Source of the DNA: Octopus vulgaris
Lineage: Eukaryota
NCBI GenBank assembly: GCA_951406725.2
Contig: OX597818.1
Span: 21,638,001 to 21,702,000, forward strand
Length of the DNA: 64,000 nt
Direction: 5' to 3'
The translations under genes and the position numbers were made by a program. Every line of letters begins with the position of its first letter. The first letter of the stretch is position 1. The notes beneath the pieces were generated by a model. That model searched no databases. It was not told the DNA's origin and saw nothing but the letters and a program-made list of their open reading frames with translations. This document shows positions 52,331 through 64,000 of the stretch, piece after piece.

Positions 52331-53459
52331 TTGTAACAAGCCATTGAGCCAGGTAAATGCTGCAGTTCTTGTATCCTAGTGAATATTTTGCCACAACTTA
52401 TGGTAAAAGAAAACCAAAGTGATTGTTGATAATCCAGTCAGTAATTTAGCTTCTATACTTTTAACTTGTTGACATTATTTTGAGGAACTACTTGCACAAG
52501 ATTTAAGTCTTAATTACTTTTACTGGTAGCATTCTTTGGTTGGAATTGGCTATACACAGGATACTGATTTTATAGCTACTGCAGTAGCTAGCTGCTAGAA
52601 GTCTACAATGTGAGATATTTCTTGTTGGTACTGGATGACCATTGACCTTTGTAATTTTATCTAGCTTTTTAGGTAGGTTTTGTTTTTAATCTTATAGTGT
52701 ATCCAAAAATTACCCTCCTGCCAAGCAAGTTTGACTACACATGGATTGTACCGGCTTGTTTTGTGTGTGTGTGTCAATAAATGTATATATGAAAGTATAT
52801 ACAGTATTTTTAAGAAACATATTTTAGTATCATCATGAAAATATATTGTAAATAGATCAGAATGTTTGCAACTAAGAGTGATGGATTAATCAACATGTGT
52901 TTTGTCTTCTTAAAACTCATCAGGCCCACTTATCTCAACTTTCAGTTACTGAAGTTTTGAAGAGTAAATCTTCTTATGAAAAATATAAACAAATTATTCT
53001 GGTGTAACATAATTTTCATAGAGCAAGCCTGACAGACTAGATTTATTAACAAAAGTTCTAACACAACTTTGTTTTGAATAAATGCATTTATGTAATCATA
53101 TGCATTGTGTTTAATAAGCGTATATCAATTGTTACTATGACAATATACCATAAACAGCTCATTTCATGCATGCATTTATTGTAAACAAAGCTGTGTCGAT
53201 GCTTTTGTTAATAAATCCTATTTATTCAACATGCTCCATGTAGATGGCAATGTACAAATAATAATTTGTTTCTGTCTTAAGGAGATATATTCTTTGAAAC
53301 TTTAATTCTATAACTATGAATTGTGATTAGCAGCTCTGATGACTCTTAAATGACTCGCACGTCAGTTGAGCCTTTATTTTTAGCTACCAGAACTTCTATA
53401 AGCTGGTTGCAGTATATTTTTATAAGACTAAATATATATTTATGTATTACAATGATTTC

Positions 53460-53545
53460 AAATACACACACACATATGTACATATATGCATATATATATA
53501 CACACATATACATATATGCATATACATACATACATACATATATAC

Positions 53546-53582
<37 letters not shown>

Positions 53583-53589
53583 CATAGAC

Positions 53590-53620
<31 letters not shown>

Positions 53621-53692
53621 CATAGACACATATACACACATATATATATATACATACACATATATATATATACACATACACACACATACATA

Positions 53693-53733
<41 letters not shown>

Positions 53734-53779
53734 ATACATAGACATATATATATATATATATACACATACATACATAGAC

Positions 53780-53810
<31 letters not shown>

Positions 53811-54114
53811 CATACATAGACATATATATATATATATATACACATACATACATAGACATATATATATATATATAATATATATACACATACATACATAGAC
53901 ATATATATATACACATACATACATAGACATAGATATATATATATATATATATATATACATACATAGACATATATATATATATATATATATACATACATAG
54001 ACATATATATATATATATACACATACATACATAGACATATATATATATATATATACACATACATACATAGACATATATATATATATATACACACACATAT
54101 ACACACATACATAG

Positions 54115-54146
<32 letters not shown>

Positions 54147-54251
54147 ACGGGAAGCTTTATGAAAATAGACAAAAGACGAAGGCAGGTTTACGGAAATAAA
54201 CAAAAGACGAAAGCAGGTGGAATACAAACAAACAATTGTATACATAGACAC

Positions 54252-54290
<39 letters not shown>

Positions 54291-54331
54291 CATACATAGA
54301 CATATATATATATATATATACATACATAGAC

Positions 54332-54362
<31 letters not shown>

Positions 54363-54374
54363 CATACATACATA

Positions 54375-54416
<42 letters not shown>

Positions 54417-54525
54417 CATACATACATAGACACATATATATATATATATACATACATACATATACATACATAGACACATATATATATATATATATACATA
54501 TATATACATACATAATATATACATA

Positions 54526-54564
<39 letters not shown>

Positions 54565-54591
54565 CATACATACATAGACATATATATATAT
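53460..54591. repeat. ~1.1-kb compound (TA)n/(CATA)n microsatellite with a ~95-bp island at 54146-54240
   Basis: Directly visible; higher-order unit like cacatacatacatagacatatata... Confidence 0.96.
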
Positions 54592-54978
54592 GTGCCGGTG
54601 GCACATAAAAAGCACCATCCGGACGTGGCTGATGCCAACGCCACCCCGACTGGCTTCTGTGCTGGTGGCACATAAAAAGCACCATCCGAACATGGCCGAT
54701 GCCAGCCCCGCCTTGGCTGGCTTCCGTGCTGGTGGCATGTTAATAGCACCAATCGATCGTGGCTGATGCCAGAGCCCCCTGGCACCTGTGCAGGTGGCAC
54801 GTAAAAAGCACCCACTACATTCGCAGAGTGGTTGGCGTTAGGAAGGGCATCCAGCTGTAGAAACACTGCCAGATCAGACTGGAGCCTGGTGCAGCCCCTG
54901 GCTTCCCAGACTCTGGTCGAAACGTCCAACCTGTGCTAGCACGGAAAACGGACGTTAAACGATGATGATGATGATGAT
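54592..54978 (+). mobile_element. RTE 3' UTR copy with ~3 tandem units and (GAT)n tail
   Basis: Matches 9690-10003 and is embedded in the TA microsatellite on both sides. Confidence 0.9.
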
Positions 54979-55230
54979 ATATATATATATATATATACAT
55001 AGACATATATATATATATATGTACACACACAATGTAATAGCATGTCTTTGATGCATGTCTGAGGAAGTGCCTCTCCAATGCCTAAAACCGTACATATTAT
55101 GTAATTTTTCTGTTAGAATTCTTGTGTAAACTGGTGTTGCAAACGGAGGGGGTACAGAAACATGTGTAACTTATAATTATAGATGTGTTAAACAATTTTT
55201 TTGTCTTCTTCTTTTCATTGTGTGTATATA

Positions 55231-55261
<31 letters not shown>

Positions 55262-56289
55262 TTAGAAGATTGTTTGTTATGGCTGGTCTGAAAATTACCA
55301 TTGATTTTGCACCTTTAAAGTACTTAGCTGTAGAGGTTACTCTTCAGATTCATTGCCTGGAAGTACATAACTTCTCTACAACTGGAGGAAGGAATACATC
55401 ATGGTCAGTTAATTTTGTAAGCAAAAATCCTGGGATGAAATTCTACTGGCAATAAATGTGGCTGATGGGGAGTTATCCTCCTTAGATTGGTTCCAGTTAT
55501 GTCTGAAATGAGTCAGCTTATAATGTATAGTTGACTGCCTTTTCTTAGTTGGAAAACAAAGAATTCCATGTTTTCAACACAAATTTCCTCTGATGAGGGC
55601 ACTGACTGAACATCTCTGTTTTAGAGTTTGAGAATGTTCCCAGATCAAGCGATTCTGGATTCTTACTCTCTCAGCCAAGCAAAGCTTACATAGTTTCTCC
55701 TGTTGAAGTATGGTCCTAGTTTTTCTAGGAACCATTTAATTATGTATTGTGTACCCTCCTCTTTTAAATGCCATACGTAACTGTCCACAGACTTGATGTT
55801 GCACCTCTCACATATACATGTGCGTGTGTGTGTGTGTGTGTGTGCACACATATGTTTGTTTTACAGCTGTTTTTTCATGCTTTCATGGATTTGCTTGAAA
55901 TTTATTTGAGTTGGACTTTTGCAGTTCAATGCCTTTCCAGTCACCTACCCTTATCTGTGTGGGGATTTTATTTTTAATTCCACTGGTTTTTGAAAGTGCA
56001 GAATAACAGAATGTGTTATCACTCAGGAATATAAAATTAAATCTCTTGTTTCCTCAGGTGAAGATATAGAATGTCAACATTCTCACATACATGCACACAG
56101 GCACATGTGCATACATGCATGCATGTGTATGTGCCTTCCTGGCATTTCCCTGAATTCTCACACAAGGCAGCAAGGCTGTGATTGGTAAGTGCCAGAGCAT
56201 ATACATAAGGCCATCCAGTACTCTGTATCAGTCAATAATACATTCCACTACCCACTCTTCTCCCCATTTTCTCAGTACAACAACAACAA

Positions 56290-56720
56290 TTTCCAATTCA
56301 GATTCTTGAGCAGTAGCATTTCCAAAGATAGCATGCTGGACAAGATGATTCTAAACTGCTTCTGTATCTTTTGGTAGACTCAGATCAAGAGCCTTTCTGA
56401 AAACCGCAATCATCCTCCATAGCAATGTTCTTGTTTCCATTCTCTTGAATAGGTGTTAGACATGAGCCACATACAGCTGTCACACATGAGATGTTAAAGG
56501 CCCTGGGAGCCTTTAACATCCCATGTTTCCAGAAGATACTTTCAATTAGCTAGCAAGATAGGAAATGTTCTGTTGAACCAAGACCAGTAGCATTAAATCC
56601 ACACTATACAGGTATCAGTTGAGATGGCTTGGGCACATAGTATGTGTGTCTGATTCACATCTTCCCTAAACAATCCTCTATAACTATAGAGACTCTCTCC
56701 TTGGCTCATGAGATAACTTG
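56290..56720 (+). mobile_element. Ancient RTE (BovB-like) RT C-terminal fragment
   Basis: Fragments FRFLSSSISKDSMLDKMI, ASVSFGRL, KILSIS*QD and QLRWLGHIVCVSDSHLP occur in the expected order. Confidence 0.65.
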
Positions 56721-57739
56721 TGAGATGCTTAGGAGCAATCTATAGATTATGTTAAGTCTAGGTAATATTTTTCAGTCTTTTCTGAGACCGTGATGCTCAT
56801 GCTACTGTAAAGTGGTTGATGACATGAGTCACAATGACAGTCAGGTTATATTTTGTTAGACAGTCTTTTCTTGTATGTTGTAAGATCATACATTTAGTTT
56901 CATTCCATTGGGTTCACTGGAGATATTTAACAACATCATTTAAGTATGTAGGTGACAGAAATTTAATGGTTGAGTAGATTAGGTATGTCATTGATAAATG
57001 AAACATGTCAGATTGTAAGCCTTGTATTATCTTACTGGTCCAGGTTAGCCATCTAAGTCTACTTGTACAACATTTATCTAACAGTACATATATTTCTGTG
57101 CTCTGGGAAGGACAAGAAATGGAAACCACTGCCAAAGCACTTAAAGATTCCCATTGTAAATGAATATAATACTAGAGCTAAATCAGTGGAGTGACAGAAA
57201 AATTGGTAATTAAATCTTATAGTATTTAATTACACATCTTTACTTTCTTATTTTAATTGCTGTTGATTTTGATTTTCTTTGCACCTATATATTGTGGATT
57301 GGTTGAGATAGCTACATAATTTCTTTATAAATTTGCAGCATTTTACCAACATTACAAATATATACTATTCAGCTTGTGTATGCCCAACAACTGCTTCCAT
57401 TGCATTTATTATTCTCTATAGGCACCCAAAGATGTATAGGTTACCTCTTGCAATGTGTGTTGCACTGAATGCCAGTCAAACTGGTTGAGGCAGATTAGAG
57501 AAAAACTAATTACTGTCTCACTGATGAGTGAGCTTCATGATGCTTGAAAGGTCCAATTTATCACACATCTCTTACTGATTTTGGTACTACTTTTGTATTG
57601 TAGATCAACACTGTTCACCAATGAAACTCTTGCCAATTATATAGTGTCTTTGTAGCCTAGAGCAATGAATTGCACTTCACTCCATGGTATTATATACTAC
57701 CATCTGAAAGTTGTTAAATTGTCAATCTTCTTCTTTTCA

Positions 57740-57930
57740 ATGAAGGAGCCTCACATGGTAATTTGACTTGCTAGAAATGGCAGTCAGATCTACAACCCAC
57801 ACCTCACAATCTTAAGATAAGGAGAACACATTAGATAATGTAATTCTACATACTCCTAAACAGATGGAATGGTCAAGGCTGGAATACTTTTGATCATAGG
57901 TCAACTGATCAGGATTGACTTGGAGCTAAA
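57740..57930 (+). repeat. Family B SINE-like repeat copy
   Basis: ctagaaatggcagtcagatc...cacattagataatgtaatt...ggaatacttttgatcataggtc; reverse complement of the copy at 49750-49950. Confidence 0.7.
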
Positions 57931-60900
57931 TGAAAATCATTTATAATACCAACCACAGTCATAAGAATATAAGACCAAGTAGTTAGGCACTACTATTACT
58001 GTTGAATTAATACAATTGTTGTTGTTGCTGTTAAAAACTTAAATAACACAATATTTCAACTATATATAAATGTAAGACAACTGCTTTGAGATGCAGTATT
58101 TATTTTAGACCAATGCAAGGAGCATAATCAGTGTGTAGCGTTGCTACTTATGGTCAAAAGCATTCTGGCTATGTCCATGTTATGTTTCTTGCAGGTATCA
58201 CTTATTTAATTTATGTTATCCAATGCAGTCTTAGATACCATCTTTTCTTAGATGGCAATGTGTGATTTAAGTGAAATTTGGTTGCTATTTCTGGTAGAGA
58301 GCTTAATAAAGCCTTCCTTGTTGGCTCATCAGCATTGTGTCTTGTGTGATTCATAATTTTCATATCTCAACTGGAATTTATAGCATATACCACTTGTTCC
58401 AATATTTCCCCATTTGACTTTGAATTGTTCATTTTGTATGTGTCTAGACTATTTGTCTATCACAATCTAGAGGATGTAGGAATGTTGCCAGACTACTGCT
58501 GCTGTTGTTGTTGCTTGTATAGTAAAAATGTAAAGTGAAAAATAGAAAACTGCTTTTATTGCATTCAGTAAAGTTATTTGTTTGTTTTTGTTTGGTGTCT
58601 GTTTTTCTATGTTAGCAAGACAGTAATTGAGAGAATGTTTTACAGCCAGATGCTCTTCCTGATACCAACTTATTCCAGAGGAATTTGAAAGCATAGATCT
58701 AAGAGACAATGTCAATATGTTACTCACTATAGCTTCCTCCACAAATAATGATGTCACCATTTGTAGCTGTAGCTTAGCAGATTTTGTAAACATGCATGCA
58801 CAGAGAGAGAGAGAGAGAGAGAGGGGGAGAGATGGAGGTTTATTTCAGGTTCTGTCTATTGAATTCTCTCAAAGGACATAAAATGTATGAAATATGAGAA
58901 AATATGTTGTGTGTGTGATGCAATGTCATCCATAGCTCATCCATATGACTCTCCATGATGAATTCTTGTGACTATTGTCATTCATGCTAACACTCACACC
59001 ATGTCACAACCATTACTGCTAGTAGAAGTTAAATGAATAAGTTAATTTAATATTTGAAAACTAGCTCATTGATTTTGGGTTCAAATTCACCATTCATACT
59101 CTCTCTCTCCCTCCTCACATCATTGTTCTTTACTTATTTATACTCTTTCAAGTTTAGATTCCAAAACTGGAATGTTTTAGAAATTGTTAATGTGTGAAGT
59201 AACACTTTTGTGATAAAAAAAGGGAATATAATTGTTTAAAACCATGCCCCAGAAACCCAGCTCCACTTCCCATTTTCTCTCTGGACGAACAAGCAAACAA
59301 ACTCAGATTTTCCTCCATTACATCCCCTTCTCTACTTTACCCTTCCCAACATCCTTACTGTTTCATTTCCATTTGTCCATATTGACATGAATGGAAGGAA
59401 AGTGTGTATATATAAATTGATCTAAAATTAACCATTTTTTTATCTGTTTAACTCAACATCAATATCTGTCCTAATTTTTCACTTACCAACTTAGCAGTAT
59501 TTTATATGAGTGTAATTGACTTACAAGTTATCTATATATGTTTCAGGATATAAATAATTTAAGTTGTTATTGAGTACATTTTTACCCTTAATACCCCTAA
59601 GCTTTAAAATTGCTTTATAGTAAAAGGAAGTTTTGCTAGACAAAAAAAAATCTATTCTCTATTTTGTACATGTGAATATCCATCCTTTTACATTTAGTTT
59701 GGTTGGTTTGAATCAACTTGATTAAATTTTTGTTTGTTTGTTTATTTGTTTATTTCGAATTAATAAAACTAAGAGGCAGAAAAATTGAAATTCAGAATGA
59801 AAGAAAACTTGATAAAGAGGTATCATTTTATATAGGTATTGAATGTTGATATGTGTTTAAATTACAGTTTCAATAGATTTGATTTCCTGTATCCCAGTTT
59901 TGATGTATTAAAACATCACGTAATTTGAAATTAAATTGTAACAATAGAAATAAAATAAAATAAATATGAAATTAGAAAATAAGCAAAAAGATTGAATTCT
60001 GCTTAAAACACTTGATCTTATAAAAATATAGAACATCTGAAATGAGAGTTTGTTACTCTGTAGCTCCAAGTCACATCTGATCATGCAGACCTTTGATCAG
60101 AGACATTCCAGACATAGCCATTTTTTCAAACAGTGTATCTTGGACAATACTCTTTAATGCAGGATATAATTCAAAGGAGATTTGGTTCTCTCTAGCAGAT
60201 CGTGCATCCATATAGACACCCTTCTTTGCTGCTGCTATGGCACAAAAATAGGGGCCAAATGACTAGTTATAACCTACAGATACTGACTTATCTTGTAGGA
60301 AGCATGAGTGTATAAATTATATACATATATAGTGTATAAATTCTAGAATCAGTTGGTTTAAATGATATTTAGTATTTAATTATCCTCTTTTATGTTTTGA
60401 GTTCAAATCCTTCAACAGTTGACTTTGCCTTCTATTTTTCTGAGTATTTTCAGTACACTGTATAAATAACACAGTCTGTTTTATTCCTTTGTGCTAGTTT
60501 AAGAAATCACTGTTAAATCTTCCATAAAATAACCATTAGTGAATCCATTATGTTTTATAAATGGCAAATATTGATTTCAGCAAAACCATAAAGACTTTGT
60601 TGGTTGATTCATTTGAACACATGCAAATTATGCATTAGACTTGAAGAGACTGTTACTGCTGCCGCTTTGGTTTGTTCTACTTCAGTGGAACTATGGCCAC
60701 AGCTGTAGCTAACTAAATATTTCAGTACAACCCATACATTTCTGTGTATTCTTTTGTTCATTTACTGGTTTCAATCACTGGACTGCAACCATGCTTGAGC
60801 ACCACTTTAAATTATGTCAACTCTAATACTCATTTTTATCTCTAATTATTGAATGGCTACATTCACCATAGTTAATTCTCTTTAAGAGGAAGCTACTTCC

Positions 60901-61720
60901 CTTTTACAACTTAAATACTACCAGGCATCTATACTGTTATACACACACATTTGTGTGTATGTGTGTGTGCGTGCGCTCAAGAGAGAGGGGAGGGCTTGTT
61001 TCTGTATCAAATACCTCCTGGTTTACTATTTTAGATTTCATCAAATCTGTTTTATAGCATTAAACACATGCTCACACACACACACACAAGCATGAGCGCA
61101 CACACACAAGCATGCGTGCTTGCGCGCACACACACACACACACAGACTATAGTAAAAGAAGACACTTGGCCCAACATTGCACAGTGGTATTGTATCTGGA
61201 TCTATGTAGTTCCAGAAGACTTTCAGTCTGAGCACTATGGATAATTTTCAGAAATCTTTGGCCTGGTAGTACTACTGAGAGGCATTACCAGTTTCAGATA
61301 AACTAACTCTACAAGCATGGAAGTGCCATCAGCTGAGCCTGTACAAGATGTGCATAGCAACAAAATGGTTCTGCATATACTGTTAGTGTTTGAGCAGATT
61401 GACTTGTGAAGTTAAGTTGACCAACTGTTGGGAATTCAGTGTGAAGATTGTTCTGCTACTTTCTTTGAACTAAGAAAGAGAACGATAGGTAGTTTTTATG
61501 TCTTGTGGCTACAGTAAAATAAAATACTGAGCAATACTGAAAGGACTGCAGACACTCTTTTGAGGAGAATGTGAGAGTTGAAAGAAAGGAGTGGGGTTCT
61601 CTAGTAAATTTTTTAAAGGTGTAGTAAATAGTAATGAATATGACATGAATGAATGGGTCTAGTCTCAGCATGCACCTGTATATTTGAGAACTATAGTAAA
61701 AAGAAAGCATTTGCACTTGG

Positions 61721-61723
<3 letters not shown>

Positions 61724-61772
<49 letters not shown>
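61724..61772. repeat. (GT)n microsatellite
   Basis: Directly visible. Confidence 0.95.
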
Positions 61773-61773
<1 letters not shown>

Positions 61774-62129
61774 TATTTCTTTCTATTATAGTCACAAGAC
61801 CCAAAAATTTGGAGAAGGAGCTAGTCAATTACATTAACCCCAGTGTTCAACTGATACTTAAAAGGCATGTATGTATGTATGTATGTATGTATGCATGCAC
61901 CTGTCCATCTATCCGTCTATCTATCTGTCTGTCTAATTTAAATGTATGCTTGTGTACATGAATGTATATGTGCATGTATATATGACTGGCTTGTAGCTTT
62001 TTTGAGTTTGTCTACACTTATCCAAGATGCTGTGCAGTGGGACTGAACCCGAAACAACATGCTTGTAAAGCAACCTTCTTAAGCAGACAAACATGCCTGC
62101 CCTTTTTACTCTCTCACACACGCAATATC

Positions 62130-62168
<39 letters not shown>

Positions 62169-62213
62169 AGGGAGAAAGAGTGATATAAGCGATATAACTT
62201 GTTTATGTTCATC

Positions 62214-62261
<48 letters not shown>

Positions 62262-63158
62262 TTAAAAATAGGATAAAATTTTCATAAGAATTTATCAAGT
62301 AGTTAGCATGAAAAACCTCATAAGAGAAAAAACCCATCAATTTTTTCCTTTAAATTTATTTATATATATATATATATATAGGTTTAATGGAACAATCAGT
62401 ATAAAAAGAGCTCAATATATGAGTGTACACATGTATGTGTGTGAATGATTGTACTAAAATCCTAGTAACTTGTATAATAAAGTGTGCTAATAGAGCTATC
62501 ATTTTCTGAATGTAGTGTAGTTTTAGGTAATGCTGTATCATGTTTATTTATACCTTTTTTTTCATTAGTCCTAGTTACACCTACTGTTACTGGGACTGTT
62601 TAAGTTCCCAATCTCTTTCTCACATCTCTATTTCTTCTCCCTTTATTGTTTGTTTCTTTTTCTACCTCAGTATCTGGCGCCAAACACTAGACTTACTACG
62701 TGCAGCTGTCAAAATAGCTATAGTATATATATCTAACTAGTCATGTGCTTGCAGCTTGCTGATAAGCTAAGAAACTGTAGGGTTCATTCAATGACAGGTA
62801 AAAAAAAAATGTTGGGAGTCTTTTCCTTTTCGAAGAAAATATAATTTCTCTTATTCATCTTATCTTTTTTTACCATTTTCATTTCCAGCCCGTGACACTC
62901 TGTAAGGAATGAATATCCTGTTCATTTCTTTCTTTAAACATCAATGTAGTAATATGAGGAGTTTGTATAGTAGTTTTTGATTTATTCAACATTTTGTACC
63001 ATTTAAGTTTTTAACTTAATATTTTACACTAATAATCATGTATGTGTTTAGATACTAGGAAACTTACTGTTTAGAGGCATAACATTTCAGGTATGACATC
63101 TCTACACATTTGTGTGTGAGTGGGTGCGTATGTGTATATCTGTTTTTATCTATCAGTT

Positions 63159-63194
<36 letters not shown>

Positions 63195-64000
63195 TCAGAT
63201 AGATAATACAAATCTTGTGTTCGTGTGTAAGTGTGCATATGTATGTTTGTATTATTGTAAAGATGTGTGACCATATGTTTGTCTGTTTCTATGTATGTAT
63301 GAAAGAGAGGAGAGATAGTTTATTCTTGTTCATGTGTAGGTGTGCATATGTTGTGTGTGTGTATGTAGGTGTATAGGTGTATCTGTTTTTGTAGCTGTCT
63401 GTATACAGCTGCATGAGTTTAGGTATTTGACTTTCTTTCTGACTCTGTGTGTGTGTGTGCATGTGTGCACGTGCGCATGCAAACCACATTATCTAAGATT
63501 TCTATGTCTGATATCCTGTGTATGTATGTGTATGGTGTGCATCATTGGTGTGAAATATGTTGCCTTATTGCTAAAGATCATATAAAATAATTTTTTTGTA
63601 TCATCTTTCCTCACTTCAAATTGTATCTCTATCATGTTCTAAAAGAAATTAGTGAATATCAGTTAGTATTCTTTTATTAAACATGAAGTTTTTGATTTAT
63701 GAAAGGGATGATACTCTGATGTAGTTGTATTTATTTTCCCTTTACTTTCTTGTTTTTAAATTGAATTAGTATCCTAATTGAAGATTACTTGACATTTCTT
63801 TATTATGTGTGTGGACTAACATTACACCATCAACTCTGCAAAATAGTAGGTCATATCAAACATTACCATTCCTACAGTGCACATTATTATATCAACTTCC
63901 TAATGATTCCTATAACACACTGTTTCTTTTATTTTATACCTATCTGCTAGTCATAAAATGCACATGCATGTGTCATATGTTAAATGTGTGTACAAAAGAG

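Noticed and set aside
52886-52930. Minus-strand CUGAUGA-GUUUU-AAG-AAGAC-AAAAC, hammerhead-like
   Set aside because: The catalytic GAAA reads AAAA and stem I barely pairs; at best a dead relic and not distinguishable from chance.
53346-54929. 527-aa ORF and overlapping long ORFs (also 2153-2789, 6737-7451, 34116-34350)
   Set aside because: They are translations of TA/TG/AAT microsatellites, which lack stop codons in several frames; there is no protein-like complexity.

Overview
This is AT-rich, repeat-dense eukaryotic DNA with no host protein-coding exon I can support. The 5S rRNA copy and the SINE/LINE repertoire suggest a coleoid cephalopod, probably an octopus (inference, not checked by search). 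The window is a patchwork of mobile elements. The non-LTR retrotransposons are one fairly young 5'-truncated RTE-clade LINE (7588-10003) with several 3'-end copies, an R4/Dong-like relic, CR1-like 3' ends and older RTE fragments. There are at least four SINE-like families. DNA elements include two Tc1/mariner relics, pogo-, hAT- and piggyBac-like MITEs and a non-autonomous Helitron. A lone 5S rRNA copy and long TA/TG microsatellites are also present; the microsatellites explain nearly all the long ORFs in the track. The most notable observations are (1) a Cys4-His-Cys3 PHD-type finger inserted inside the RTE reverse transcriptase, (2) a variable array of ~66-bp hairpin units in that LINE's 3' UTR, (3) two head-to-head, tails-out RTE pairs, (4) a SINE whose internal microsatellite holds both a Tc1/mariner element and a Helitron, (5) a SINE-head/5S/SINE chain, and (6) a ~1-kb inverted repeat with a perfect 40-bp core. 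Boundaries of degenerate repeats are approximate and were read by eye.
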